From: Rhynchobatus australiae
Lineage: Eukaryota
DNA length: 64,000 nt
Assembly: GCA_034780895.1 (NCBI GenBank)
Contig: JAUZTB010000033.1
Location: forward strand, 36,972,260 to 37,036,259
Direction of reading: 5' to 3'
Below the pieces are notes generated by a model. It had not been told where the DNA came from and did no database searches. It was given only the letters and a program-made list of their open reading frames with translations. The translations under genes and the position numbers were made by a program. Of this stretch, positions 1 to 12,199 are shown one piece after another (position 1 is the stretch's first letter; every line of letters starts with the position of its first letter).

Positions 1-329
1 GGGAAATTTGACATTTAGTTAAATGAATCAGATGCATGGGATTGGACGTTAGAGTTCCCAGCAATTCGGTCCCTCATTTCCTTCCAAATGAAGCTACAAA
101 CACATAAATATGAAACATAAACTAACATATCCACACACCCAACTCATGTGCACTCAAACAAGAAGGACGGTCCAGCAGAAATGAATTATTGAAAAGTCCT
201 TGCACTCTGGAGTACTTCTATCTCATTGTTCATTTTCTGTTGTGGAAGCTCCAGACATGTATTTCAACACTGTAAAATGGGGATCTCCCTAGTCAACAAT
301 TTTCAACTGCCTTTCCTAATGCTCATTCT

Positions 330-590
330 TCCACAACTAACATGGACAGAATGAATAAAGAGTGAAGCAGCCTGCCGATACCTTCCCTGATCCCCACAAT
401 CCATATATCATTGGATTCTATGAGAAGCTCTGCTTTTGCCAACTTGTCTTCAATTTTCAACATTCTGAATGAAGACTTGAAGCCAAAATCAAGTAAGGGA
501 ATGACTGTGTCCGTGACTACAAGGACAACTCTCAGTTATTTCTGCCACAGATTTCTTCTAAATTGTAAATTGTGTCTTTTTCAGGATCGC
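330..590 (-). mobile_element. Possible highly decayed L1/Tx1 ORF1p remnant
   Basis: Minus-strand translations LEEICGRNN(fs)LRVV and KIEDKLAKAELLIESNDIWIVGIREG resemble the L1 ORF1p LEnRSRRNNIRIVGIPEG motif. Interrupted by stops and frameshifts. Confidence 0.3.
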
Positions 591-3500
591 CATGAATACC
601 TCCATATACTAAGTCATTATTTTCATTGCTGGAGAGTTCAATCACTTTGGGATTATTCCAGGGGAGTAACAGGAATTCAATTTTTATCACGTTGCTAAGT
701 GAAGGGAACATTAGATGCACATTATACCATATGATCAACCAGTTTTTTTTAAATCATAAGCAATCCTACTACGTAGTGTTTGGATAGAATACAACTAGTT
801 GCATTAAATTCTGGCAAATCTTCAGCACATCTGTCACAAGAAACCCAGCTCTAATCAAGCAAGACAATGGAGTGTCAGCATTCTTCTGGAACTTGCTTCT
901 ATCAGGAAATATCCCTATGAAGGCACTTAGGAACAGAACCAGGCAAACCCTTCCCTTCTCCCAATTGTGGAATAGCCACAGTAAAGACTTTTGTGCATTC
1001 CATCGGTGGCTTGCACTGTGCCAGCTGACGCTGAACGGAGTACTCTCAGTTTGCACCACTATCAGAATCTGGTCAGCTGCTATTCTTGTTTGCAGTCACA
1101 GAAGTAGAATGGGGCTGCCACATGGCTGAGTGTCTGGGTGCTCTGCCAAATCTCAGCATCTGGATTCATTCTGCAAGAAATTATTGCTCACAACTACCAC
1201 AAAAAAGCATTCAGGACAGCGAACTATAGTCTTAATGCTCTTTGAGAAGAATGCACGCCAGAAATATTTGGTCCTAAGGCTATGAAAGTGGAAGGGGTAC
1301 AAGAGTTTAGAGCACAAATTCTCCATCACTTTTTTTCCCATTCTTGCTCATTCTCTCAATTAAGAAAACAACTTTTCAGAACAGTAATATAGTGATAAAC
1401 CTCTGAATATAACATTTCATCCCGAAATCAGAGTAAAATGCTTTTTTCCATCAAATGTAGGCTATTTCCAGACCATGTTACACACTCAAGCTTGCCTAGC
1501 CACCAACACAGACCCAATTACAGCATAGTACAGCTTGAAGAGGAGGACCAGTTGAAAGACAGTTAACTTATCTTCAAAGGTTGGGCCATGAGGAACGCGG
1601 CCCACCTGCGAACAGCTGGAGAAATGGCTTCCAATATTAGCTATTTTCTATCAGTATCTTCCTGGTTCTATGATCAGGAGGCAAATGATGGATGGTCAAA
1701 AGACCTTCAAGACAACCTTCCAGGTAATAGATTAGACACCATGAAGAACTCATGTAGCTGCCCCAGCTTTGCCAGCCTAATCTTGCTGCAATTCCTGCAG
1801 CAACTCTAATAATGCACATATGTGTAGCTCTCACCACACTTGTAGTGGTTACAGCAGTGGGACAGGAATTGCTCCAAGGTATTTCTGGCAATAAGGAAAG
1901 CACGGCAGTAGGCAGCTGAGCCACTTCATTAACTAAGTATCACCTGATCAAATTCAAGCACTTTATTTCTCTTTGGTGCAGTTTGCCTCTTTTGTAAATG
2001 GCCAAATTAAAATTCCAGCTGCTTAAAGACTGGTGTGAGTTTACAGTTTAACAAAGGCAAATGGAAAAAGATAACCTGGTATTTTCCATTCAAGCGGAAT
2101 TATTGTCTAGGGCCCAGATCTGGGCATTACTGGGAGCAGTCATCAACAAGTGACTACTGTATCAATGTTCTATGCTGTATCTTTACTTCTTTGGTTTTCT
2201 CCTTATCTTTTATTATTATTTTAACAGAAGCCCCCATTAATTTGCTCTTTATTGTGTAACCAATGCAGTATGCAACAAGGACTGATTACTTCCAACTCTT
2301 TGGACTGACTGTAGAAGACACCCTACCTAGCAGTTCCAACAAAGAATTTTTATTGGACTACAGAGGTGATATTCTGCACAATAATTTGGCTATAGGAATG
2401 TAGATAATTGTACTTACAATCCTGTCATGCTCTGGAGTCTTGCAACAGTTCTGCAGCCATGGTGACAATGATTCTCACAGCCATCCACCTGGTCATTATA
2501 TGATTTTAACCAGAGCACAAAATGAGTGAGCAGAGGTGGGTGTAGAGTCAAGTGTTCAACCATGCTGAGCTCACCATTTGAGGCCTAATTCCAGGCTGCC
2601 ACTAAATGTGAAGAGGCACCTGGCCAACTGTATATTAAACAGTGGGAGGTTTCCAGCCACGGATAATGAATTGTTTGCTGGTTCAGGAAATAGTTTTTGG
2701 AAGTGTCTCACATTCAAGCAGTTCTGCTCCTATTGTTTCCGCAAAGTTTAAAAATTGTTAAACATCCTGGCCCTTGGTCCCCATTGTATCATCTTCAACT
2801 GGCACCGGAGCTATAGGACTTCCCCACTCAGGCCCTCAATTAAAAGGCAGTCACATCTGAATGATGCCACTGGATCTTCACTCTGCATTTAAAGACCTTA
2901 GGCAGAGTTCCTGGTTTCCTACACAGAACAGCAGCTAATATGGAAAACAGTGAATCTGAAGCAAGAAATCCACAAGTCTCCTGTCCTCTCTGCCAATCGG
3001 CTGAGTGGGCATGGGTAGAATCTTCTTCTGTACCCTCCAAGTAATGTGGGCATGATGGAGGGTCATACAATGAGGGAAATATAAAGATGCCCTCTCTATC
3101 TAGGATTAATTTGCATTCTAATGTACCTGTGGTCAGGCACAAGATTAACTTTAATTGAATGCAAGGAAAATGCTGCTTCTGTACTGCATATTGTCTTGAA
3201 CAGATGGTCTAATGCCGTGACAAAACCAGGTGTTCTCTGACATGACCAGAAATGTCAGGGTTTGTAAATGTAGCTCTCCAAACAGTGACAGGTGTCTGAC
3301 ATAACACCTCAGGTGTTGCTGCTAACATCTGCTGCCCTGCTGGGAACTCACCTTCTTTCTCTGAGTCATGGAGTACATTTGTAAACCCTTGCAGGAGTTC
3401 CCATAAGCAGTACTTTGTTTGTCCCATATTCTTTGCTGTAAACAACCATCAATATTGTTGAAAATAGTGGTAAGCTAATTATTTTGAGATGCAAAAGTAG

Positions 3501-3939
3501 CATCATCCTCAGAAAACAGTTAGCGTGGTGAGCTGAGACTATGCCCTACAGCTTTGATTGCACTGTAGGCAAGTTTCAAAGATCCATATTCAGCATGCCA
3601 GTGAATTTGTTGTGCTGTTTTATAAGAGTGAAAGCAACACTGATCTATCATCTAATTACCATTCCTCTTGCATGATGGTGTCCTACACAAGGAGGTTATG
3701 GCAACATAATTCTGTTTTGTCCTGTGCTTTGTCCACTATGAACTGTAGTTTAGGGACCTGGGTCATGTGCAGAATCTTGAATCATGGGATGGTCCAAGAG
3801 GTGGGCAGAACCTTGCAATTTTGCTCTTTGTATGGCTTGGCTGAAAAATGGACTGCTTTCCTTGACACTGGGCCTACAAACTTAAAAGCTATAGGTTCCC
3901 TTGGTGGCTGCACTTTTTGCTGCCTTAATGAGAGTCTGA

Positions 3940-4160
3940 AGTAAGAATGTTAGAGTTACTGCCAGTGGCCACGGACTAGAAAGAAAAGAATCAGCCAGAG
4001 TTGCTTTACGTGATCAAAGTCAGTTACCTAAAATGTGCGTGTGTGTGTCTATGGGAACATTGAGGGAGGAAGTGACCATACCCGACTGTTCATGCTCTCC
4101 GTGACTTTATTACCTATGTGTCACTCATGAAAAAAAATGGCTTGGATGAAGTTCCACATC
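3940..4160 (+). mobile_element. Old SINE fragment, probably same family as 15095-15320
   Basis: aatcagccagagttgct...gatc...cagttacct...gtgtgtgtgt block is similar to aatcaggtgaagttcct...ccaatgacacctgc near 15265-15310. Confidence 0.4.
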
Positions 4161-4508
4161 TGCCAGTTAAGAGGACCTTCAAGATTGTGGACAGAGAAAG
4201 CAGGAAAATATATTTTGGGGGATGGGGAAGTGGAAGTGAATGCCAATGGACACTAAATTCTTCCATTCTAAACCACCTTTAAGAATTTCTATTGTGATCA
4301 AATTCAGTATTTAAATTGGAAAGTACATGAAACTTAGTCACTGGGATACAAGTATTTTCCAATTTTGTCAATTAACTTCATAGTGTACTGATTTTATTTA
4401 GGGCTGGTATTCAGTGGAAATACTCAGGGCACCCAGTGCAGTTCCTTGAAATGGTATTGTGTGATGAAGTGTAGCTAATTAAACAATCCTTTATCTATTG
4501 CCTTCTAG

Positions 4509-4595
4509 TTTTCTTGCTGTGGGAAGAACTCCACATTCAGCTACTACAGGAAGGTTGAGAATGAAACATGCTTTCCAGATCATGGACCTCAAAAG
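4509..4595 (+). CDS. TSPAN32: TSPAN32 internal coding exon (large extracellular loop, CCG motif)
   Basis: ccttctag|TTT...AAG|gtatg; 87 nt, phase 0/0. Encodes FSCCGKNSTFSYYRKVENETCFPDHGPQK, similar to recalled human TSPAN32 FLCCGKKSPFS...LC. Confidence 0.9.
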
Positions 4596-4656
4596 GTATG
4601 CAAACTAATACTGGAACTAATTACAGTGTTAAGGTTTTAGCCTTGCATTAGAGGCA

Positions 4657-4797
4657 CAGCAGGAGCTATGTCTAAGATTATAGAGGCCAATGAAGACTTT
4701 GTCCAGGATTATGGACAACAGTGGGAGCCAGGTTCAAGATTACAGGTTAGCAGTAAGGACTTTATTCAGGATTACATACAACAATAGGGACCACGTC
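4657..4797 (+). repeat. Degenerate 31-32 bp tandem repeat, ~4.5 units, alternating A/B units
   Basis: Units start at 4657, 4688, 4719, 4751 and 4782. The four full units each contain (a/g)gatta. Units 1 and 3 resemble each other, as do units 2 and 4. Confidence 0.75.
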
Positions 4798-5633
4798 AGC
4801 CAACGGTCACTATGATTGTCAGTTTAGACCAACTCAGTTTGTACACAAGAACACAAGCAAATAACAATTGGATTAGGCCACTGGCCCCTCAAGTCTGCCC
4901 CACCATTCTGCACTGGCCTCAACTCCTCTTCTATGCCAGTTCTCCATCTGCCTTTATTCCTCAATCCNNNNNNNNNNNNNNNNNNNNNNNNNNNNNNNTT
5001 CTGATAATCTAGCCTCTGGGGTAGAGGATCCAGTGATTCACCACTCTCTGCAAAAAGAAATTTCAAGCATATCTCAGATGAATACCAGCCCAGGAGAAAG
5101 GTATAACCCCTACTGTAGTCCGACTATTATGCTTATCCCTTGCAAGATAAAATTAGCACTTTTTTTCCTGTTTTCAAGGCTCTTTATCTGACTCGTTCCA
5201 CCACAACCATCCCCTCAACCTGCAACAGCTATTCCTGCTTCAGTGAATCAAATTGCATGTCTCTGAATCTCACCAAACACTCCTGACCTCCGACTTTGTG
5301 CTAAGTACTATAACGGTTAGGAAACTGGAATGTTCAAAGCGAGGAAGATCTCATCCTACCCACGCCCATCCACTCATGCAGAAACCAGTGGCATGTGGAG
5401 GCTTTCTCTCCGCTGCTTAACATGGACACTAACCCCTTCCTTCCCTATATCAGGCAATGATTCAACAAATTCTCATTCCAGAGTATTTCTTAAGCAGTTA
5501 GGGCACAAAGGTTATGTGCTAACATAGTCACACNNNNNNNNNNNNNNNNNNNNNNNNNNNNNNNNNNNNNNNNNNNNNNNNNNNNNNNNNNNNNNNNNNN
5601 NNNNNNNNNNNNNNNNNNNNNNNNNNNNNNNNN

Positions 5634-5772
5634 CTGTCTGACACTGTGGTGCTCCCTCAGTACTGCCTGTCTGACACTGTGGTGCTCCCTCAGTACTGCC
5701 TGTCTGACGGTGTGGTGCTCCCTCAGTACTGCCTGTCTGACACTGTGGTGCTCCCTCAGTACTGCCTGTCTG
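5634..5772 (+). repeat. 33-bp minisatellite (ctgtctgacactgtggtgctccctcagtactgc)n abutting an assembly gap
   Basis: About 4.2 near-identical units directly after the 100-N gap at 5534-5633. This explains the repetitive ORF VVLPQYCLSDT. Confidence 0.95.
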
Positions 5773-5920
5773 ATAAATGCTGCACTCCTTCCGTGCTGCC
5801 CCTCTGCTCCCTCAGCGTTACACTGAGAGTGTCTGTGTAGATTTCTGCTCTAATTCAGGAGTGCCAATCACATCCAGAAACGTCCAGCTCAGTTGCATGA
5901 CTTACCCACTGGGCCATGAC
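5634..5920 (-). mobile_element. Deu-domain SINE (SacSINE1/AmnSINE1-like) remnant with an internally amplified unit
   Basis: Minus strand has a head-like tggcccagtgggtaag, then ...gacactctcagtgtaacgctgagggag and cagtactgagggagcacc, resembling the Deu core cagtgcagtactgagggagtgctgc. Confidence 0.55.
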
Positions 5921-6319
5921 TCTTAAATCAACCTATTAGCTCATGGATATTTTAAAAAGAAATTAAAAAACACTGAAGGTACAGACAACATCAGTTCAGT
6001 AAGAAGATTAAAACTTTCAAACAGTAAGAGGCAATAGTAAAACATTTTAAAAAACCTTTTCAAGCTTTACAATCACTTCCTACGATGGAACGTATCATTA
6101 TTTCTCCTTCCTCCAAGTCATTTTACTAAATCAAGCTGAACTGAGTAGGAGGAGACTTCACCTGAATATATTCTGTGCGGGATGTTCCATCAGCTGCCTT
6201 GTATATTGGGTAGGGAAAGGCTTTGTGTTTCAACTGGGAAGGAGTGAATGTGGCAGGGTGGGGAGTTGGTGTTGGGTGAAACTCCTCCCTCTTGTGTACC
6301 AATCTATATTGTTAGCAGA

Positions 6320-6780
6320 GACATAATATTGAAGAAATTAATGGAATTGGAAGCTGATAGATCCTCAAAGAGGACTGAAGGAGGTAGCTGTCGAGACGGT
6401 AGAAGCACTGGTGATCATCCCCCAACATCCCATTGATTCCAGAATGGGTTTCACAGACAGGAACGTTATATGTAACCCCCACCACTGTAGAAAGGAAGGA
6501 GAGAGAAAACAGAGCTGTGGGTCAATCAGACCAACTGTTGGAGGGAAAATACTGGGATCTGTTATGAAGTAAGTGGTTATAGGACACTTAGAAAGTAATG
6601 ATAAGATTGGGCAGAGTCAACATGGGTCTATGAAATGTAATTCATGCTTGACAAATCTACTGGAATTTTTTACAGTTGTAACTGTGGAATAGATAAGAGG
6701 AACCAATTAATGTGGCATATTTGGGCCAAGAAGACCTTTGATAAAGTACCACAAAAGAGGTTATTAAAAATATTGGAATG
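6320..6780 (+). mobile_element. CR1/HER1 LINE RT fragment, degenerate
   Basis: LKEVAVE..EALVII, QHGSMKCNSCLTNLLEFF and FDKVPQKRLL motifs, with frameshifts. Confidence 0.85.
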
Positions 6781-6784
6781 TATG

Positions 6785-6990
6785 AAACAGGAACAGGCAT
6801 AGGCCAATGACCCTCCAGCCTTCACCACCATCTAATAAGATCATGGCTGATCTGATCTTGGCCTCAACACCATCCTTTTGTGCTGTGCTCGCACCCCTTG
6901 ATTCCTTTATTTCAAATGGCTGTCAATATATAATGTTATTCCAGGAGAGAATTTCAAAGTGTTACAACCCTCTGAGGAAGAAAGAAGTCT
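6785..6990 (-). mobile_element. CR1 LINE 3' end
   Basis: aggcataggcc...ccatctaataagatcatggctgatctg is the reverse complement of the CR1 3' tail seen elsewhere in the window. Confidence 0.7.
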
Positions 6991-7929
6991 TACATGGGCA
7001 CACTCACAACACAACTACTCTGCCGCTTCTTTGGGAGACCCTGGGAGCTGCCAGACGCTCATTAGAATAGCAATTGAAAGAGGCAGCTCTTTGAGTAGGA
7101 TCAGTATAGAAGGTGACAGGATTAGTCCTTCAATAAAGTTACTGCTACTGGAGAGTAGAGAAGTCATGAGTCTCAATCAATTTCACTCACGTCACATTGT
7201 GAAGGGACTGCGAGCCACTGTAATTTACTGTTTACCAAGTGTTACCAAGGTTGTCAAATATAAACACATACGAACAGGTCATTGTGTTCTGTGGCAATGT
7301 TCCAGCTTCACACCAGCCTCCCCACCCTCTCACCTCACTGTCTTGTCATATCCTTCTCTTCCTTCCTCCCTCAGCTCTTTTTCCAGCTTCCCCTTAGACG
7401 TGCTCCCTGTGGAAGTCCTCTCCACATTCTCACTCTCCTCTCAGTTCCTCCAGGATCCCCTGTTTGATTCCATGGAGTCAAGTTTGTACAGAACCAAAAA
7501 AAGCCCATGAGCCCACCACATCCATGCTGACCTTTTTACCCATCAGTACCAATGCCATTTGCCCATATTAGGACTGTATCCTATGCTTTGCCAATTTAAG
7601 TGCTGATCTAAACGTCTCTTTGGACTCTTGTATTTTATGTCAAGAAGCTATCCCAGTGCCTAATTTGTCATAATCTTTTCAGTCTTAGCTGGTCATAGGG
7701 TGTAAAAAGTTTTGTTTTATTTATTTACAAGGATTCGCACACCACTGACAAGGGCAGCATTGACTGCCCATCTGTACCTGCCCTTGATGTGGGCAGTTTT
7801 CTGGTCCCATTTAAAGAGCAGCATGCCAGTGTTCTAGCTGTTTGGAGTAATGTACAGTTCAGGACAGGTGAGGGTTGTACGTTTCCTTTGTTTTATTTCA
7901 GATTTAGCACATGACTGATCTCTATATGT

Positions 7930-8170
7930 TTCCAGGAGATGTGCGGGGCAATATTTTTTACATTGAGAGTGGTGGGTGCCTGGAATTTCCCTCTGGGGAT
8001 GGTGGTGGAGTCAGATACGATAGGGGCATTTAAGAGGCTCTTAGACAGGCACATGGACATGCAGAGAATAGAGGGATATGGACCATGTGCAGGCAGAAGG
8101 GATTAGGTGTAATTAGCTTAATTAGTTTGGTACAACATCGTGGGCCGAAGGGCCTGTTCTGTGTTCTATT
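7930..8170 (+). mobile_element. HER1/CR1 LINE 3' end
   Basis: RVVGAWN...FKRLLDRHMD C-terminus and gggccgaagggcctgttctgtgttctat tail; highly similar to 47950-48170. Confidence 0.9.
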
Positions 8171-8957
8171 GAATTACCTTCCATACTGGGACTTGAATTC
8201 ATCTCTCCGGATAGCAGCTTGGACTTCCAGATGACCACAATGCCAGCACATCCATATGTCTCTGTGTCCTGACCGTACTAATGTATAAAACAGACAGGGA
8301 GAGAGAAAGCAGTGAACTACAAGTTAAATGTATCCTCTGCGCGTTTGTCAATATATCCATGGAGGAACCCAGATATACCCACCTTCCTCCCCTGCTTCCC
8401 CACCCCTACCGAGAAACCTCTCCCCGGAGTGCAGAGTCACTTCATCCACAGTGCACTCATGGCAGAAGTAGTCCATCATGGCACTTGTAAGTCCTGCTTC
8501 AGTTTTAGTTAAAAATAGGTGCCAGCCTGTGGAGTCAAGTGCTTAAAATGGCCCACAGATTGGTCCCCTTTAAATGATGTACTTACTTGATTCGTTTTTG
8601 GGCCCCTCATACTCTAGCAATAGCTCCTACCATTCCCCAAGAGCTTACTACCCTGAGTGACCTCCCCAGCAATGACTCTACTATCCCCAACCCCTAGATT
8701 CCCAATCTGCTGGTCTGCATTCCCACCACCATCAGTCACTAACAGCCAATATCACCTTTATACCAGCCTACAAACACCCAGCCCAACCCCTTTGCCAACC
8801 TGCTGGTTCGGTTTATGAACCCCAATCTAAGTGTCAAAGTTGAGCCAAGCTGTAAGTTGACTGAAAGATTTTCCAAACGTTGTTTCTCAAAGGCACTGTG
8901 CTTGTCTTAGAGAATTTCAAGACTGTCTTTTTAATAAACATGTGTTTGATCCATTAG

Positions 8958-9041
8958 GATTGTCTTCAGTCAATAGAGAATCAGATCACCGACAATATGG
9001 CTATCATTGGAGTGCTGACTACTTTGCTGGGAATTGTTACG
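8958..9041 (+). CDS. TSPAN32: TSPAN32 coding exon (end of large loop, start of TM4)
   Basis: ccattag|GAT...ACG|gtaaaa; 84 nt, phase 0/0. Encodes DCLQSIENQITDNMAIIGVLTTLLGIVT, versus recalled human DCLQGIRSFLRTHQQVASSLTSIGLALT. In frame with both neighbouring exons. Confidence 0.9.
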
Positions 9042-9539
9042 GTAAAACTTCAATCCAAGGCCACGCTGCAACATAAGACCTAATTTCTGCCGTTAGCATA
9101 TTAAGAATATTTTGAAATGTCCAACTACCATAGAAGTTTATTAGAAAACATTAATTTGAGAAAACTGCAGTTGAGGACACTGGGAACATCTTTAAGGTCA
9201 TACTACTTGGTTAAGTACATGCCACGTGCTGTTAAGCAGAGGTGTAAATGGCTGTAACTCTAAGGGGAATAGTTATTCTGAACAAGGTAAAAACACATTA
9301 TAAAACTGCCTAATCTATGGAGGGGAAAGTGAGGGAAGCCACAGGAAGAGCATGGGAACTTCCTAAACCATTGGTGGAACTTACCAAATTCTAATGAAGC
9401 ATATTGAATTGGACATCCTTAATAAACATTGCCTGACTTTTTCTTTGCATTAAATTTAATGGCATCTTTTAGCAATTATCCTCAAATCCCACATCCCAAG
9501 GTACCACTCTACTACTCTGTTAGGGAATTCCTTCTCAAT

Positions 9540-9680
9540 TTCTCAGGATCGAGGATAACTTCTTCTACCCCTGTTCTGTGTGTGGTGAGATGGCTGATAA
9601 GGCCAATGTGGGACCTGCAACCAGTAGAGTAGAAGTTTCTTGACAGGGAAGGCCAGGGATAGTTCTGGATGTGGTGGGCT
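9540..9680 (-). mobile_element. RTE LINE 3' end fragment
   Basis: ctcaggatcgaggataacttc...gagatggctgataaggccaatgtgggacctgc parallels 50760-50840. Minus strand encodes HIGLISHL of the RTE C-terminal zinc finger. Confidence 0.65.
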
Positions 9681-10025
9681 CCTCCAACATTTACACTGGG
9701 TTTTTGTGTTCTCCAACAAATGGGCTCAAGGTTCTCAATACCACCTCACATTCTCCTCTATTTTAATTCATGGGCCTGCAATTCCCATAAATTGGTGGGG
9801 ATGTTGGATGTTTTCAAAGAGACCTTAAAAACATCATTGATTCATTTGCTTTAACCATCTGGTAATCTCTTGCCCTGACAGAACTCAAAATAAAGTGTTA
9901 GTTTCAGGAGGTCAGTTCAGTGTGGAGATCAGTAGCAATTGCCCATACCTTGCAGTTTCCCAAAGTTTCAAGGCCAGTTGTCATTTTCCTCTTGAGATGC
10001 ACTAATTGGCTTGACAGTATCCTTG

Positions 10026-10305
10026 TTATAAGATAGCTTTATTAGTCACATGTTCATCGAAACACACAGTGAAATGCATCTTTTTGCATAGAGTGTTCTG
10101 GAGACAGCCCGCAACTGTCGCCACGCTTCCAGTGCCAACATAGCATGCCCACAACTTCCTAACCCGTATATCTTTCTTTGGAATGTGGGAGGAAACCCAC
10201 GCAGACACAGGGAAAAATGTACAAACGTACAGACAGTGGGCGGAATTGAACCCGGATCGCTGGCGCTGTGAAGTGTTACGCTAACCACTACACTACCATG
10301 CCATG
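10026..10305 (-). mobile_element. tRNA-headed V-SINE
   Basis: Minus strand: A box TAGTGTAGTGG, B box GGTTCAATTCC, V-domain gcgtgggtttcctcccacattccaaag, and tail tgtgactaataaag. Sister copy at 29325-29590. Confidence 0.9.
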
Positions 10306-11145
10306 CTTAAGTGGCAACGTGTAGATATCCTGGAGATAGATATCTGTCTGTCAAGTGCTGCAACTCTCAAATGTGCAGCAAAAATTGGCAATAGATTCAG
10401 TGGATATACCAGCTAACTTGACAAACATCTGCTGAGTATTTGCATGGTGCATCCATAAATGCTGTACAAATATTAGCTTGTTTCACAACAACAGAGTCCA
10501 CACATTTGTCATCCACTCACTTTAAAACCAGAAATTGACCTTTACAGAGTCTCCATTCAGCAATATCTAGCTCCGCTTCCAAGCATTGATCCTTTGACTT
10601 TCTGTTGCTGAGTGATCCATCCAATGACAGTTCCACCATACTGTCCAAATCCCCACTGACTGTACCTCGGCTGATGACTGAATGTGACCGTTGTCAAATG
10701 TATGTGGTATTCGGTATCCATCTGTCACTGCCCGTGGCTCCTATATTTGTTTTCCGGTTGTGAGTATCAAAGAAACACTACAATTAGCAGAATTCTACTG
10801 TTGATCATCTTGTTTTAAATGTTTGTTGTTGCTCTTATTTTTTTGTCCGAAATCTAAATGGGTTGTGAAATTAAACTCAACGGGCTGAACAGCCAGCCCA
10901 CTCCCGCCATGCCTAAGTTTCCATAATCAGAATTTTCATAGATCAACTAAGGACTCACCAAGTGGCTTTGGGCAAACGGATCTGAAGCATCAGAACACTT
11001 AACTTGATAATGCAATGTATTTTTTTTAACATAGCCATGTACAGTATGTGTTGTTTACACTGTAAAGTGGACGTTATGTTATTTAACCTATCTTAGTGCT
11101 GAGAAATGGGAATGATTGTGGTGATTACGAGGATGGAGGCTACAT

Positions 11146-11485
11146 GTGGCACAGATGGTTGTGCTGCAGCCTCACAGCTCCAGCGACCCAGGTTCACTCC
11201 TGATCTCCACTGCTATCTGCGTGCACTTGGCACATTCTCCCGGTGACCGCATGGGTTTCCCGGGGAAGCTCCAGTTTTCTCCCACATCCAGAAGATGTAC
11301 AAATTGGTAGGTTAATTATCTGCTGTAAATTACCCTTACTGTAGGTGGTAGTAGGAGAATCAGGGGGAGTTGACAGTTATGTGAGAGGGAATAGGTTACA
11401 GAGAAATAAATGGACAAATGGAATTGATGGGATTCAAGAACTAGCAAAGACTCATTGGGCTGGATGGCTTCCTTTTACATCGTCA
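11146..11485 (+). mobile_element. HE1-type V-SINE
   Basis: tggcacagatgg...gcctcacagctccagcgacccaggttcactcc head, cattctcccggtgaccgcatgggtttcc V-domain, and CR1-like tail tgggctggatggcttcct. Confidence 0.85.
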
Positions 11486-12199
11486 GAAAAAATGGTAGAT
11501 ATGACATTGATAATTGCCTGCATTCTAGTATCATGAACCTCTTAAGACTAAGGTGGTTCCTCACCTCAGGGCATTCTAAGCCCCAGAAGATTGTTCGGGG
11601 GGTGGGTGGCTACATCACCTCTGAAGCTGTATGGGAGATATTCTCCAATATCTGGGGCAATAGCTGGAAAAATCACTTAATTACTAAAAAGAGCAGTGCC
11701 ATGAAACTATTCTTTAGCAAGACCACTTTCTGAACAGGAGAGTAGATCTGACAATAAGGTGTTTGATAAGATGCCATATGAGAATAAAATTTTAAAATAT
11801 TATTGTCAATGCAGACAGGCAGTTGGCTAGAGGACAGAAAACTGAGAGAAATGTAAACTTTTATGCCTCCAGGTACCAGTGTTTATGGCATTGCTTTTCA
11901 TAATTTACACATAACATAATCAGGCATTATCTAGGTTCCTACTCATTTGGGAATCAAAACAACGATCAAAATTTTCAAGTAACAGAAACATGAAGAAGTG
12001 GTTAGCTGTGAGGAAACCTGTCGACGGCTTTCAGAAATGGAGACTCAGATATTTGTCAGATAAAATTTGATGTTGAGAACTTTGAGGTGAAATGATCTGG
12101 GATGACGAGTAAGAACACATATGTGCAGCTTGGAAAAAAAACATTGGAAAAGAAGCAGATGACCTGAAGGTTCAGATATGCAAATTTTGAAAGTGGTGC

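Noticed and set aside
872-1129. ORF segment AFHRWLALCQLTLNGVLSVCTTIR, loosely like TSPAN32 TM2
   Set aside because: No suitable splice acceptor or donor. The two exons that should lie between it and 4509 were not found. Treated as chance resemblance.
5646-5840. Repetitive ORF (VVLPQYCLSDT)n or CRISPR-like array
   Set aside because: Contiguous 33-bp tandem units without unique spacers in a vertebrate intron. It is a minisatellite.
10200-10305. tRNA-like A and B boxes (also near 11150 and 29560)
   Set aside because: These are SINE heads continuing into V-domain and tail sequence, with no complete cloverleaf.
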